From contig CAXHJY010000235.1 in assembly GCA_964016885.1 (NCBI GenBank), forward strand, positions 13,404 through 77,403: DNA of 64,000 nucleotides. The letters are read 5' to 3'. Source of the DNA: Eledone cirrhosa. Lineage: Eukaryota. This document shows, in pieces, positions 28,765-41,709 of this stretch; the first letter of the stretch is position 1; each line of letters starts with the position of its first letter. The notes under the pieces were generated by a model, which saw only the letters and a program-made list of their open reading frames with translations, made no database searches and was not told where the DNA came from. Both the position numbers and the translations under genes were made by a program.

Positions 28765-29058
28765 CCTCATCATTATCAATAACTTTACAACTTTATCATC
28801 ATCAGCATCATCATCATCATTATCAACAATTTTATCAACTTTCTCATCATCATAATCACCATCCTCATCATAAACCTTAACATCATTATCATAATCCTCA
28901 TCATCATCATCATCATAATCCTCATCATCATCATCATCATCATAATCCTCCTCCTCATCATCAACCTCATCATCACCATCCTCATCCTAAACTTTATCAT
29001 CACCATCCTCATCATTGTCCTTATCAACATCATCTTCAACCTATCATCCTCATTATCT
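28765..29058. repeat. Degenerate (CAT)n microsatellite
   Basis: Direct reading. Confidence 0.9.
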
Positions 29059-30263
29059 CAGTTAGGTGAACTAAGACATTCAGAGAATGACTATTTCCTG
29101 GGCATTTGTTATTTTCTGTCTGAATTTACAACATGCTGTCTATACTTTCTCTTCAGAGCCTTTTCAAAGTTGAATAATTAAGCTCCATTCTAAGACAACA
29201 CTCATTTCATGTATCAGTGAGTGTTGTTGATGGAGCTAACTCAGATATATCAACTCGTGCAACTATCACTAATAAATTACAAATGTGTGTGTGTGTGTGT
29301 GTGTACTTAGATATATATATAGTACTGAAACGAATTCATTGGATAGGACTGCAAACATTATATATAAAATACTGAAATGAAGTCATCGAATAGGACCGAA
29401 AAACATACATATATACATGATGTCTGCAAACTCTAAGTGTATTGCAATCGCTTGTCAGTTTGGTGCACTTTTAGGCTATGGCCAGCCACACAAACCTATA
29501 GAATATCCTGAACAAGCAATGCCTGTGCTTTGGTGGTTTTTTAAGTGGGGAAAATCCTTGCACTCGACCAATCACACTCTATCAGCATCAAAAACACTAC
29601 CCGAAAAGGGGAACTGGTCAACATCAGATACTTCTGAAGCCACTGGGTTTTTTTTTTTTTCTCCCTCAGAGTTTCCCTCTCCTAGAAAGATATGATAACA
29701 ACTAGGGGCCTTTCACTCCCAGGGGGGGGGGGGGAGTACCATTTGGATGGTTATTGCTCTGTCCATTACATAGCGTTCTTTTTTTTTCCCTTGATCTATT
29801 TTTTTGGGAAACTCATAGCACTCTTACATACACACATATATACACATATCATATATATTTGAATATAAGTTGACCCCCTATTTTATGCCTGATAAATATG
29901 CAAAAATCCAAATCCTGTGGTGCAGTTTTGAAATTCTCAATGAGTAGAAAATGTACTTATGAAGTTTTAAGCTGTTTTAAGTGTTGTTTAGAGTATAGTC
30001 TTTGTATCACAACTTCATTATATGATGACCTTTTTTTTTACCAATTTCCAACCATTTTCATGGCTATATTTATTCAAAACACCAAAAACAATAGAAAAGT
30101 GAAAATATTTTAGTACCTCATTTATGTTGAATTTAAAGTTGAAGAAAATAGACAAAATATGGACTTTGAATATAAGCTCTCCCCTGCCTCCATTTTATCA
30201 TTTTTATTTATTTTTTTCACCTATTTCTTAACTTATATATATATATAGTATGTATGTGTGTAT

Positions 30264-30672
30264 ATTGCCCAATTTCACATCTCAACGGCGATGACACAGG
30301 ACCGTGACCTCTGGCGTCATGCAGTAATACCAAAGACCCAACTTCCCACGGGAACAAGCCAAAGCCGAAACATATCGGCAATATTCCCCCATCCCCTCCC
30401 ACTGCAAAGTGGGAGGGGAGGTGTTACAACAAAAAAGCACCGAGACCATGCTGTAAAGTGGTTGTGTGGGTGCCACGGAAAAAAAGCACCCAGCACTCAC
30501 TGTAAATGAGGTTGGTGTTAGGAAGGGCATCCAGCTGTAGAAATCAAACTAAAATCAGTTCCCGTATGAGCAAGGCATTGGTCAGCCGACCTAACATTGC
30601 CCACAATAGGACAACCTGTCTAACCCATGCTAGCATGGAAGAATTGACGTAAAACAGTGGTGATGATGATGA
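30264..30672 (+). mobile_element. RTE LINE 3' end, same subfamily as 21075-22390
   Basis: MTQDRDLWRHAVI C-terminus, 3' UTR and (GAT)n tail. Confidence 0.9.
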
Positions 30673-31084
30673 TATAGGTGCCCTGATAAAATGCACTTGA
30701 TAGTGTGGTAACGTATGTAAGCAAGATGCAGGCCCTTTTACTGACTCTGTCTATGAAGTCCCATCCAAACCTTACTAACAGGGAGAACGGATGTTCAACA
30801 ACAACAATGATGATGATGATGTGTGCATATTGTGTTTCCCCTCCATGCAAGTGGCTGAGCATTCCACTGACACGTAGGAGGAGTAAACAATGTTGCTACA
30901 AGAGTTTGATGCATGGTTTGCTTGGTATTGTTGTGACATGTCAACCAATATATGGTGGCAGGGATAAACAATGAGACATTTGATAAACAATTGTTTGCTT
31001 ATTTGACACTAATTGTAATAACTTTTGTTTGTTTCTACCAAATCTTTGTTGACCTTTTTAAAACTGTCACCCATCTACCTCATG

Positions 31085-32010
31085 ATGGCATGTGGCCTAG
31101 TAGTTAGGGATTTAGACTTGCAATCATAGTCTTGGGAGTTTGATTCCTGAATCAGACTACGCATATTTTTGAGCAAGATTGTTTATTTCACATTATTTTT
31201 CTTGATAGGGTTGGAGCCCCTACCATTAACCTTTTCATGTTCGTATTTCTAATGTAATACACTCTATCTTAACTATAATAAAGAAAGGAGTGCGGGATTG
31301 TGTCCAGAATATATTTTTTTACCCCGTTTGTATAATAAGTTGGATTACTTTGAATAAATAATGAATGAATATTACATAATTTACGTGCTAAATTTTGTGG
31401 CTGTTGATAAATTATATTTTATAGCTTATTTAAAGACCCTTAAAATTCACTTCTTTAAAATTTTCCAATGTCAACACTTCCGGTTAGCGGCCGTTATATT
31501 ATAGCACTTATAAAAATATTGCATATATTTCCGTCGCTAATTTTCTCCTAATGCAGTTTATATATAATATCGTCTTTTTTTAAATGTATCATGGATTACG
31601 TTACTGATTACAGAAGACAGTATAACATAGACTTTGTTCAATTTCTGTGTATATTGTCAATTACGATTTTATTTGATGTATCATATCTACATGTATATAT
31701 ATTTGTGTATAATATCAATATACACACTACACACTACGGGTGGTTTTTCTGCTAGTTTCAATTAATGAATTTTACTAAAATTTACTAAAAGAAATTTTAT
31801 TACAACAATAGTAACTTAATATATGCTTTTTATATATAATTATATTGGTAAGATTTTAATTTAAATAGGAATACTTTAAAATTGGTTCTATGAAACAAAG
31901 CTACCTGAGTTGGCTTTAACCAGGCTGGTGTCAAAAAGGTTCATACACCAAAGAAACCTTATGAAATACAACCTTTAGGAGGGCAGCTAAATCTATATAG
32001 GTGTGAGCTA
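31085..32010 (+). mobile_element. SINE family 2 split by a piggyBac-like MITE (~31226-31942)
   Basis: Head ggcatgtggcctagtagttaggg; tail interrupted at ggagcccctaccaTTAA and resuming at ~31945 (caccaaagaaaccttatgaaatacaacc). MITE ends aaccttttc / aaaaaggtt. Confidence 0.7.
31267..31755 (+). mobile_element. Non-autonomous Helitron-like element
   Basis: 5' TC(ttaactataataaag) and 3' cgggt..CTAG, inserted between A and T without TSD. The flanks rejoin to acactcta|tttcaattaat, similar to uninterrupted cactatttcaattaat at ~53281. Confidence 0.6.
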
Positions 32011-32518
32011 TGAATTTTCACTTTTTTTTTTTTATTTCATCCCACCCCCAACCCATCACAATAGTTGCAAAGGAGATCAGCAATGTATTGATTGTAGTGA
32101 TTCCTTGCTTCCAAGTATTTTTTCTTTTCTCATTTGTTTGGCTGCTGTTTGTGATGAGAGAAAGTGGTTATATACTTGTGATGATATAGTCGTGGGTTTG
32201 GTTCCTGGGTGGTATGTTTGGTTCTGAAGATGTTTTGTTTTTTACTTTCTATTTAATCAAGGAAAGAAGGGTAGTGTCCATAACTTATTTTAAGGGAGGG
32301 AGGTATCCTTATATTGGATAGTTCAGGCTGAACTTTCACACTTCATGACCTGACTAAATATATGCCTTAACAGATAACACTGTTGACGAATCAAAAGAAA
32401 GCAAATGGGATCATGTGACTATTACAATGTCAAATGAATTATCTAGCAGCTTTCTTGATAACAAACCCTTAGTTATGGTTGAGTGCAGTTGCATTGTGTG
32501 TGTGTGTGTGTGTGTATG

Positions 32519-32550
<32 letters not shown>

Positions 32551-32689
32551 CGCACACACTATCGAATCTGGCTGTAGATCATTATTGACACAAGCTAAGT
32601 ATGAAAGACAGACTAGGAAACAAAAAGAAAGGAAATAAGCCAATACTCAGATTGGACCAAAGAAACAATGTTTCCATTGATCATTCTAT

Positions 32690-32925
32690 TACTATTATCT
32701 GTCAGTTGCAATTCCTAGCAGATGTGTGTATGAAGCTGATCATCATATCAGACCAAGTAAACTATATTTTTATTGGTCTTTCCATTATTGACACTGTTAG
32801 TTACAACTCTTGGCAGATGTGTGTGATAGGAAAGAAGCTGATCATCAGATCAGACCAAGTAAACTATATTTCTATTGGTCTTTCCATTATCAACACTGTC
32901 AGTTATAACTCTTGGCAGATGCATC
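32690..32925. repeat. ~104-bp tandem duplication
   Basis: aagctgatcatca.atcagaccaagtaaactatattt..attggtctttccattat..acactgt.agtta.aactcttggcagatg occurs twice. Confidence 0.88.
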
Positions 32926-33761
32926 ACTACTTTTCTGATGACAGGAAGTGGGATTTGAACTCAGAATGTACAGAACCAGAACAGATACCACAATAAATCC
33001 TATCCAATGCTGGATCAAGTACTAAGCCATTAAATCCATGACCCTGATATCTTCCAGGGCAATGTCATCTTCATCCTGTTGGCCAGGCCAGGACCACGAG
33101 GTGGACTGATGGGGATGGCATGTGGAATAGATTTACTTGCATGAAGATGAGTAGTTTAACAAATTAGATTTGTCTAAACTACTGCATTACATAGTGATAA
33201 TTGTGGCTTTCATTGGGGTAGAGCCTTTTGCATGCACCTCTATTTACATGTTGTTCTTAATATTTTTAATACCAACCCGCCTCAATTCGCCCTTGGTTCT
33301 GTAATGCAAAACTGTTTATTTTAAAATGCTTATATTTATCTTAAAACCTTCCATCATAATTTTATGCACCAGCTTTTGTGAAGGTATGTTCCAAACTGCT
33401 GCGTATTTCATTTGAAAGTGCTAAGAAACTCCCAGGAGAGCTGAGCAGGAGATCTTAGAAAAGAACCCCTTCTCTCAAGCAAGTCATATTACTACATCCA
33501 AAATTCTAGATTATTTTTCTAAATTTGAAATCTGGTTGCAAAAGAGTTAAAATTGTCCTATATCTATTTTGGTTTTTAAAATCAACACGCTTTATCCATT
33601 GTGTTGTAAGAAGTGACTTTAAAAGGTTTGGAACCAGGAACCCTATTACCATAAGATATATCATCATCATCATCATTTAACGTCTATTTTCCATGCTAGC
33701 ATGGATTAGACAAGTTTGTCCCATTAGAGGCAAGTTGGGTTGGGTGACTGTCTCTTGGGTT

Positions 33762-33952
33762 AGGCGGCGAATTTACAGAGTTGTTAAGACGTCGGATAGA
33801 ATGCTTTGCTGTATTCGTCCCACCTCATTGCGTGCTCTGAGTTCAAATCCCACCGGAGTAAACTTTGCCTTTCATCCTTACGGGGTCGATAAAATAAAGT
33901 ACCAGTAATGCACTGGTTAATTGCTGGCCTTGTGCCAAAAGTAGAAACAATT
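33762..33952 (+). mobile_element. tRNA-derived SINE family 1
   Basis: gagttcaaatcc B box; ctttgcctttcatccttacggggtcgataaaataaagtaccag body. Confidence 0.9.
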
Positions 33953-34528
33953 ATTAGTACAGATTAAAGTTTAAGCAAAGAATCGTTGCTTTCACACTGT
34001 TACAGGATCTGAAATTTTATATAATATATAATATATATATGTGTGTGTGTGTACACGCATACCATATGTACTTGTAAGTTGCACCTCTATTTTAATACAT
34101 TTACTATGTACCATATTTTTTGCCTTGAGGTTTTGTAGATTCAGTAGATAAGTCATGTACTGGTTTTAAACGTCCTATTTTCATGGCAAAAGGTGTAACG
34201 TGTATATGAACATTGTGTGTTACAAAAACAATAACAGCTACGGTAGTAACAGTAACAACAATAACAAAGGTAACAATTACAATGACTTTAATGCTATCAA
34301 AAATAAAAATAAAAAAACAGTAAAAGCTATCCCTGTGATAACCATTTTTTCATCTTAGCTCGCAGTTGATACTAATTCATTCCTCACTTAAATTTCTTCA
34401 TCTCCTATCTTAGCTCACAGCTCATGATAACTCATTCCTCACTCATCACTGACACAGCAAGCATAGTAAGTCGTGTTCAACATATGTTGTCTTCTTTCCT
34501 CAGGAAGTTTTGTGTGTATGTGTGTGTG

Positions 34529-34562
<34 letters not shown>

Positions 34563-35028
34563 TGCCAACAATATATGTTTATTGTTGGTGTTTTGTAATT
34601 CTTTTCTAGTTTTGAATAGTAACAGCAGTCCCTACGCTAGCAGTGGTGGTGGTGGTGGAAGTTGCTGTTTGTGGTAATGGTGGTGGAAATAATGTTGCTG
34701 TTTGTGGTAATGGTGATGTTGGTGGTAGTGATAGTAGTTGTGGTGGAGGTGATGCTGTTAGTGTTGTTGGTGCAGATGTTGGGAGTGATTGGGATGATGG
34801 TGGTGGTGTTGATGTGCTGGTTTTAGTGGTAATGGTGGTGTGGGTTGAATAGATGAGACGCTGGTTGCCCCTGGAAGGGAGTTTCAGATTTTCTAGGTTA
34901 AATTCATTAAAGATTTCATTATCTTAAAAACAATTTCTCTCTCCCTCTCTCTTTCTCTCTAAGAAATCAAAATTATAAATCATGGTATGTTAGTGCAACT
35001 GTTAAATTATGTATGTATGTATGTATGT

Positions 35029-35646
35029 CACCAGTTGGTGCTACTGGTAACATGTATTCCAGTACAACCTGTCTCATGGTCGAGTCGTTGGCGACTAAAC
35101 TGGCAACCCCACCAAAGTCACCCTCCTCACCAAGGTTTCTTGGTGAGGAGGGTGACTTTGGACATCCTGCAGGACTAAAAACAAAACCTGTCAAAGGGCA
35201 AAGGAGCTCTTAAGAGTCAATGGCCATTCAAAATCACCGGGAGAGATGACCCCTTAGCCTTTGTCAAGGCAGAATTCTAGAAGGAGGAAAACTCTGATAT
35301 AACACCTGCAACCCTGGTGGTATCCAATGATGTTGACTTGTTCTTCTTTTTGGTAAATATCATCTTGGTTAAGAGAGTGGGACTGGCTTTGTGCAGTGCC
35401 TTTGCTCACTATAAAAGCTTCACGGCACAGGCATTGCTTTATATCTGGAGATCTCTCTGCACTTGTCATCACAGGGTACAATGGGCCCAGCACTGTGTCA
35501 GTAATTGTCACAAGTGTAGTGTTTGTACCAGAGTTTTCAAGTCGCTGGCTGGACTAAAAAGTCACACTCGTTTAACGCATTAGTAGGGGTTCTCCTACAT
35601 GGATATAAAGTAGTGGCCGTACTCGAAAACGAGTTGGCAGCCACCA
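35029..35646 (+). mobile_element. Bipartite non-autonomous RTE-like retroelement (5' UTR-like segment joined to a zinc-finger-coding 3' end)
   Basis: 5' part has a perfect 23-bp hairpin (35112-35161) and an RTE-5'UTR-like agaaggaggaaaactctgat motif. 3' part encodes [22 protein letters not shown]. Flanked by (TATG)n and (TA)n. A second, truncated copy is at 1993-2320. Confidence 0.7.
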
Positions 35647-35654
35647 TATATATA

Positions 35655-35707
<53 letters not shown>

Positions 35708-36164
35708 AAATGAAAAAGAAATATGTATATACAGAGAGAGAAAGAACCATATATCGTATAAGAAACACGATATAATGTATATATATACCAAATACATATT
35801 CTATAGAAGAATATGTACACAGGTGGAATCATGTGAAACCTTACAGCACTATTTCATACCTGGAGAGTGGCTAAAAATCAATCTATGTAATCGATCACCG
35901 AAAAAAAATCAATCAATATAATCAATCAATATAATCGATCATCGAAGTCAAACTATCAATTATGATTAAACCACATGGGACTCTGGTACTCATTATATAT
36001 ATATATATATATATATATAATTGTGAGAGGACCTTATTTATGTCAAGGACATAACTTTCCTAGTGGTAATAACAGGATAAATACACCCAGTACTTGTTGT
36101 AAAGTTGTAAACCAGAATGTATGTAAGCAAGTTGTGCCTCTACTCCTGACAATTTGGGGAAATA

Positions 36165-36345
36165 ATGGTTTCTGAATTAGGCACAAGACCAACAATTTTG
36201 GGAGATGGGAAAGTTGATTAAATTGACCCCAGTACTTTATTTTATCAACCCTATAAGGATGAAAGGCAAAGTTAACATTAGCAGGATTTGAACTCAGAAC
36301 ATACAAGGATGTAAGTATATGCCACAGAGCTCTACTAATACTGCC
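36165..36345 (-). mobile_element. tRNA-derived SINE family 1
   Basis: aggatgaaaggcaaagtt..ggatttgaactcagaac..tactgcca. Confidence 0.85.
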
Positions 36346-36766
36346 AGTCAGTTTTGACTTTGTCTGTGAGGACTGTCCGACCCATGCTGCTGCTGATGAT
36401 GATGAACCATATACACACGTGTATGAGTCGCACATTTTCCATAAAAATATTACTTGGAAGACCAGTATCTGACTTATCTACAGGATCTACAAAACCCCAA
36501 TTTGAAATATGTTTCATTTTAAATGTATGTAGTACTTTCTTATGTACATACCATATACATACATACAAACACACAACTTTTTGTTTGTTTTCCTATATGA
36601 CTTTTTCTCACTCCACCGTCTGTGCATACTTCCTCTTCTTCTCTAATATGTTGGGTTTTGTTTCCATGTCTTCTTCCCAGTTGCAGCACATTAGTTTGTA
36701 GCAAATTCTATATATTTGTAAAGAGTTCAAAGATCAATCGTCCTGCCTTGTGTCCATTAGTTACTG

Positions 36767-36953
36767 GGCGGTGAATTGGCAGTATCGGTAGAGGGTTGGA
36801 TGCCATGCTTTCTAGCATAGTTACGTCCCTTTACAGTCTGAGTTCAAATCCCGCCGAGATTAACTTTGCCTTTCATCCTTACGGGGTCGATAAAATAAAG
36901 TACCAGTAATGCACTGGGTAATTGCTGGCCTTGTGCCTAAAGTAGAAACAATT
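36767..36953 (+). mobile_element. tRNA-derived SINE family 1, young full-length copy
   Basis: A box tggcagtatcgg and B box gagttcaaatcc. cattagttactg precedes and aattagttactg follows the copy, a likely TSD. Confidence 0.92.
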
Positions 36954-37594
36954 AGTTACTGTACCATGTGACTGGTTCTTGTGGTAACAACCTTAAAATA
37001 CAGAAACCATGAGGACTGCCAATGGTTGACTAATGAGAAGGGGCTGTCCTGTGTTACCTCGTTTTTCCGTTGTCTTCGCCCACCTTTTTGATTCATTATG
37101 TATGATCTTAGCCACGTGGGACACTTTTTCAAATTGATATATATGTGTGTTTTCCCTGCTTTCAACAACATACAGAAACCCCACCTTCATTCTAATTCCC
37201 AGAATTGCTTGCTATACACACATCCCACCCCTGTAATACCCTTTTTATTTCACTCCATCTCTTCAGTTTTGTGTCTTCTCCACCATCCTCCACCCCACCT
37301 CCTTTTGTTCATCAGAACTACCCCTCTCTTTCTCCCTCCCTTTCTTTATCCGTCTCTCTCTCCCTCACTTTCTCCTCTCTGCATCTCTTCTCCCTCACTC
37401 CCCTTATCGTACACTCTCTCCCTCTCTTGCCCCTTCTCTCTTCCCTTCACTATCATCATCTCTTGCCCTCTATTCCCCAAACCCCCTCTCCAATTGTCCC
37501 TCACTTTCTCCCCTTGGCTGCTCACTCTAGACACAGCTACTGCTCCCCACCACCACCCGTTCCATCACAGATATCAGTCCCAGTACCACTAGAC

Positions 37595-40500
37595 ACCACT
37601 ACAACCACTAACTACCACTGCCAATATTAACCCCACAACCACCACCACAACCACTAACTACCACTGCCAATATTAACCCCACAACCACCACCACTACCAC
37701 TAACTACCACTGCCAATATTAACCCCACAACCACCACCACAACCACTAACTACCACTGCCAATATTAACCCCACAACCACCACCACTACCACTAACTACC
37801 ACTGCCAATATTAACCCCACAACCACCACCACAACCACTAACTACCACTGCCAATATTAACCCCACAACCACCACCACTACCACTAACTACCACTGCCAA
37901 TATTAACCCCACCACCACCACCACTACCACTAACTACCACTGCCAATATTAACCCCACAACCACCACCACAACCACTAACTACCACTGCCAATATTAACC
38001 CCACAACCACCACCACTACCACTAACTACCACTGCCAATATTAACCCCACAACCACCACCACAACCACTAACTACCACTGCCAATATTAACCCCACAACC
38101 ACCACCACTACCACTAACTACCACTGCCAATATTAACCCCACCACCACCACCACTACCACTAACTACCACTGCCAATATTAACCCCACAACCACCACCAC
38201 AACCACTAACTACCACTGCCAATATTAACCCCACAACCACCACCACAACCACTAACTACCACTGCCAATATTAACCCCACAACCACCACCACAACCACTA
38301 ACTACCACTGCCAATATTAACCCCACCACCACCACTACCACTGCCAATATTAACCCCACCACCACCACCACTACCACTAACTACCACTGCCAATATTAAC
38401 CCCACCACCACCACCACTACCACTAACTACCACTGTCAATATTAACCCCACAACCACCACCACAACCACTAACTACCACTGCCAATATTAACCCCACCAC
38501 CACCACCACTACCACTAACTACCACTGCCAATATTAACCCCACCACCACCACCACTACCACTAACTACCACTGCCAATATTAACCCCACCACCACCACCA
38601 CTACCACTAACTACCACTGCCAATATTAACCCCACCACCACCACCACTACCACTAACTACCACTGCCAATATTAACCCCACCACCACCACCACTACCACT
38701 AACTACCACTGCCAATATTAACCCCACCACCACCACCACTACCACTAACTACCACTGCCAATATTAACCCCACCACCACCACCACTACCACTAACTACCA
38801 CTGCCAATATTAACCCCACAACCACCACCACAACCACTAACTACCACTGCCAATATTAACCCCACCACCACCACCACTACCACTAACTACCACTGCCAAT
38901 ATTAACCCCACCACCACCACCACCACCACTACCACTAACTACCACTGCCAATATTAACCCCACCACCACCACCACTACCACTAACTACCACTGCCAATAT
39001 TAACCCCACCACCACCACCACTACCACTAACTACCACTGCCAATATTAACCCCACCACCACCACCACTACCACTAACTACCACTGCCAATATTAACCCCA
39101 CCACCACCACCACAACCACTAACTACCACTGCCAATATTAACCCCACCACCACCACCACTACCACTAACTACCACTGCCAATATTAACCCCACCACCACC
39201 ACCACTAACTACCACTGCCAATATTAACCCCCACCACTACCAACTACCACTGCCAATATTAACCCCACCACCACCACCACTACCAACTACCACTGCCAAT
39301 ATTAACCCCACCACCACCACCACAACCACTAACTACCACTGCCAATATTAACCCCACCACTACCAACTACCACTGCCAATATTAACCCCACCACCACCAC
39401 CACTACCAACTACCACTGCCAATATTAACCCCACCACCACCACCACAACCACTAACTACCACTGCCAATATTAACCCCACCACTACCAACTACCACTGCC
39501 AATATTAACCCCACCACTACCAACTACCACTGCCAATATTAACCCCACCACCACCACAACCACCAACTACCACTGCCAATATTAACCCCACCACTACCAA
39601 CTACCACTGCCAATATTAACCCCACCACCACCACCACTACCACTAACTACCACTGCCAATATTAACCCCACCACTACCAACTACCACTGCCAATATTAAC
39701 CCCACCACCACCACCACTACCAACTACCACTGCCAATATTAACCCCACCACTACCAACTACCACTGCCAATATTAACCCCACCACTACCAACTACCACTG
39801 CCAATATTAACCCCACCACTACCAACTACCACTGCCAATATTAACCCCACCACCACCACCACTACCAACTACCACTGCCAATATTAACCCCACCACTACC
39901 AACTACCACTGCCAATATTAACCCCACCACCACCACAACCACCAACTACCACTGCCAATATTAACCCCACCACTACCAACTACCACTGCCAATATTAACC
40001 CCACCACCACCACAACCACCAACTACCACTGCCAATATTAACCCCACCACTACCAACTACCACTGCCAATATTAACCCCACCACCACCACCACAACCACT
40101 AACTACCACTGCCAATATTAACTCCACCACCACCACCACCACAACCACTAACTACCACTGCCAATATTAACCCCACCACCACCACCACCACAACCACTAA
40201 CTACCACGGCCAATATTAACCCCACCACTACCAACTACCACTGCCAATATTAACCCCACCACTACCAACTACCACTGCCAATATTAACCCCACCACCACC
40301 ACCACCACTACCAACTACCACTGCCAATATTAACCCCACCACTACCAACTACCACTGCCAATATTAACCCCACCACTACCAACTACCACTGCCAATATTA
40401 ACCCCACCACTACCAACTACCACTGCCAATATTAACACCACCACTACCAACTACCACTGCCAATATTAACCCCACCACTACCAACTACCACTGCCAATAT

Positions 40501-41600
40501 TAACCCCACCACCACCACCACCACTACCAACTACCACTGCCAATATTAACCCCACCACTACCAACTACCACTGCCAATATTAACCCCACCACTACCAACT
40601 ACCACTGCCAATATTAACCCCACCACTACCAACTACCACTGCCAATATTAACACCACCACTACCAACTACCACTGCCAATATTAACCCCACCACTGCCAA
40701 TATTAACCCCACCACTACCAACTACCACTGCCAATATTAACCCCACCACTACCAACTACCACTGCCAATATTAACCCCACCACCACCACCACCACTACCA
40801 ACTACCACTGCCAATATTAACCCCACCACTACCAACTACCACTGCCAATATTAACCCCACCACTACCAACTACCACTGCCAATATTAACCCCACCACTAC
40901 CAACTACCACTGCCAATATTAACCCCACCACCACCACCACCACTACCAACTACCACTGCCAATATTAACCCCACCACCACCACCACCACTACCAACTACC
41001 ACTGCCAATATTAACCCCACCACTACCAACTACCACTGCCAATATTAACCCCACCACCACCACCACCACTACCAACTACCACTGCCAATATTAACCCCAC
41101 CACTACCAACTACCACTGCCAATATTAACCCCACCACTACCAACTACCACTGCCAATATTAACCCCACCACTACCAACTACCACTGCCAATATTAACACC
41201 ACCACTACCAACTACCACTGCCAATATTAACCCCACCACTACCAACTACCACTGCCAATATTAACCCCACCACTACCAACTACCACTGCCAATATTAACC
41301 CCACCACTACCAACTACCACTGCCAATATTAACCCCACCACCACCACCACCACTACCAACTACCACTGCCAATATTAACCCCACCACTACCAACTACCAC
41401 TGCCAATATTAACCCCACCACTACCAACTACCACTGCCAATATTAACCCCACCACTACCAACTACCACTGCCAATATTAACACCACCACTACCAACTACC
41501 ACTGCCAATATTAACCCCACCACTACCAACTACCACTGCCAATATTAACCCCACCACTACCAACTACCACTGCCAATATTAACCCCACCACTACCACTAC
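37595..41600. repeat. ~4-kb minisatellite: core aactaccactgccaatattaacccc plus variable (acc)n; units mostly 46 to 34 bp
   Basis: Period 46 at 37621/37667; period 34 at 41108/41142. Confidence 0.98.
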
Positions 41601-41709
41601 TTCATATTTCTTAAACCCTCAATTTATCACCCCCACCCACTATCCTTTTCAACTTGGTTCCTTCAAGTGACATTTCAATGTGACAAGTTTAAAGTACAGT
41701 TTAGAGCTA

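Noticed and set aside
35317-35583. Host C2H2 zinc-finger gene
   Set aside because: Single finger at the end of a repeated retroelement segment; the second copy is frameshifted.
37595-41600. CRISPR-like look (constant 25-bp core with variable linkers)
   Set aside because: Linkers are 9-24-bp (ACC)n variants, not unique spacers; no cas genes; eukaryotic context.
37595-41600. Interstitial telomere (TAACCC motif)
   Set aside because: Only one TTAACCCC per unit; no tandem (CCCTAA)n.
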